Source: Candidatus Xenobia bacterium
GTDB taxonomy: Bacteria > Vulcanimicrobiota > Xenobia > Xenobiales > QWHO01
Direction of reading: 5' to 3'
Assembly (NCBI GenBank): GCA_045863235.1
Contig: BTUM01000020.1
Span: 1-64,000, forward strand
DNA length: 64,000 nt
Shown here: piece after piece, positions 63,423 to 64,000 of the stretch
How positions within the stretch are numbered: position 1 is the first letter of the stretch
Layout of the letters: each line of letters begins with the position of its first letter
The notes under the pieces: generated by a model
What the model was told of the DNA's origin: nothing
Database searches by the model: none
Seen by the model: only the letters and a program-made list of their open reading frames with translations
Made by a program: the position numbers and the translations under genes

Positions 63423-64000
63423 CGAGCCACTCCTGGAAGAGGTTGGGGTTCAGGGATGTGAGCGAATCCACCACCCGGTGGGCTAAGGCAAGATCCGAGG
63501 CCGAGCGGGTGGAGGTCACGGCCACCACCAGCGAGCCGGCCGCCAAGCCTGCCTCCACGCCCTGCGGGGCATCCTCCACCACCAGGCAGCGAGCCGGGGG
63601 CAGGCCCAGGGCTTCGGCGGCCAGCGAGAAGACCTGCGGGTGGGGCTTGCCCTCGGTTACGTCATCCCCCGTGACCAGGGCGTCGAAGTACTGGCGGATG
63701 CCCAGCCCGGTCAGCAACAGCTCCACGTTCTCGCGCGGACCCGAGGAGCCCACCGCCAGCTTGAAGCCGGCTCTGGCCAGGCCTTCGACCAGCTCACGGG
63801 CTCCCGGCAGGGGATGGATGTGCTCGCGGACATGGGCCCGAAACAGCTCCTCCTTTTCGCCGGCCAGGCTCTCAAGCTCTTGCTGGCTCACTTCGCGGCC
63901 CAGCCAGACCGGGAGAATCTGGGCGTTGTGCGAGCCGAAAGTGCGCTCGAAGAGCGGCAGCTCGAATGGCACGCCGTGGCGCCGGCCCAGCTCGTTCCAG
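63406..64000 (-). CDS. HAD-superfamily phosphatase (beta-PGM-like), 5' end outside the window
   Basis: FG..N, PLPGA, GSSG, GKPHP, VVEDAPQGVEAG; motif I lies beyond 64000. Confidence 0.88.
   Translation of the reverse strand, partial: WNELGRRHGVPFELPLFERTFGSHNAQILPVWLGREVSQQELESLAGEKEELFRAHVREHIHPLPGARELVEGLARAGFKLAVGSSGPRENVELLLTGLGIRQYFDALVTGDDVTEGKPHPQVFSLAAEALGLPPARCLVVEDAPQGVEAGLAAGSLVVAVTSTRSASDLALAHRVVDSLTSLNPNLFQEWLDGWKN

Overview
High-GC bacterial chromosomal window, almost entirely protein-coding. I found no rRNA, tRNA or CRISPR array. The pilin-like domains, double zf-TFIIB proteins and Pro-rich/Gly-zipper proteins are reminiscent of Eremiobacterota/Vulcanimicrobiota, but this taxonomic guess is inference only. 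Left to right: (1) a decayed, visibly AT-richer island with an Rhs-core remnant and immunity-like ORFs, bounded by a frameshifted tyrosine recombinase (1-2370); (2) Uma2, DoxX, DUF434, permuted NlpC/P60, DUF2891, homocysteine S-methyltransferase and an 829-aa toxin-like protein; (3) an efp-panE-YkgJx2-ABC-zfTFIIB-lipoprotein operon; (4) a VWA-FHA-FHA signalling cluster; (5) LOG protein, GAF histidine kinase, a paralogous membrane/TPR pair, and flavin reductase-ECH-ALDH; (6) a winged-helix regulator with two CTTT-N7-AAAG sites and ispH; (7) a minor-pilin operon (PilX/PilW/PilV/PilC-like) whose PilV-like pilin is fused to a c-type cytochrome domain, divergent from a second monoheme cytochrome c (best candidate for an undescribed system); (8) gloB, Nudix, the F420 genes cofD-cofC-cofE and an F420-dependent oxidoreductase; (9) two CorC/HlyC genes, an FG-GAP lipoprotein, a CP-ATP-grasp ligase with an S66 peptidase, a small-protein/nucleotidyltransferase pair, valS, BtpA, a 17-aa Trp-rich repeat protein, an EEP enzyme, miaE and a partial HAD phosphatase. 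Several intergenic regions carry perfect palindromes and a dispersed modular repeat that look like IS-end/MITE remnants. All family assignments come from motif recognition by eye; no database searches were run.
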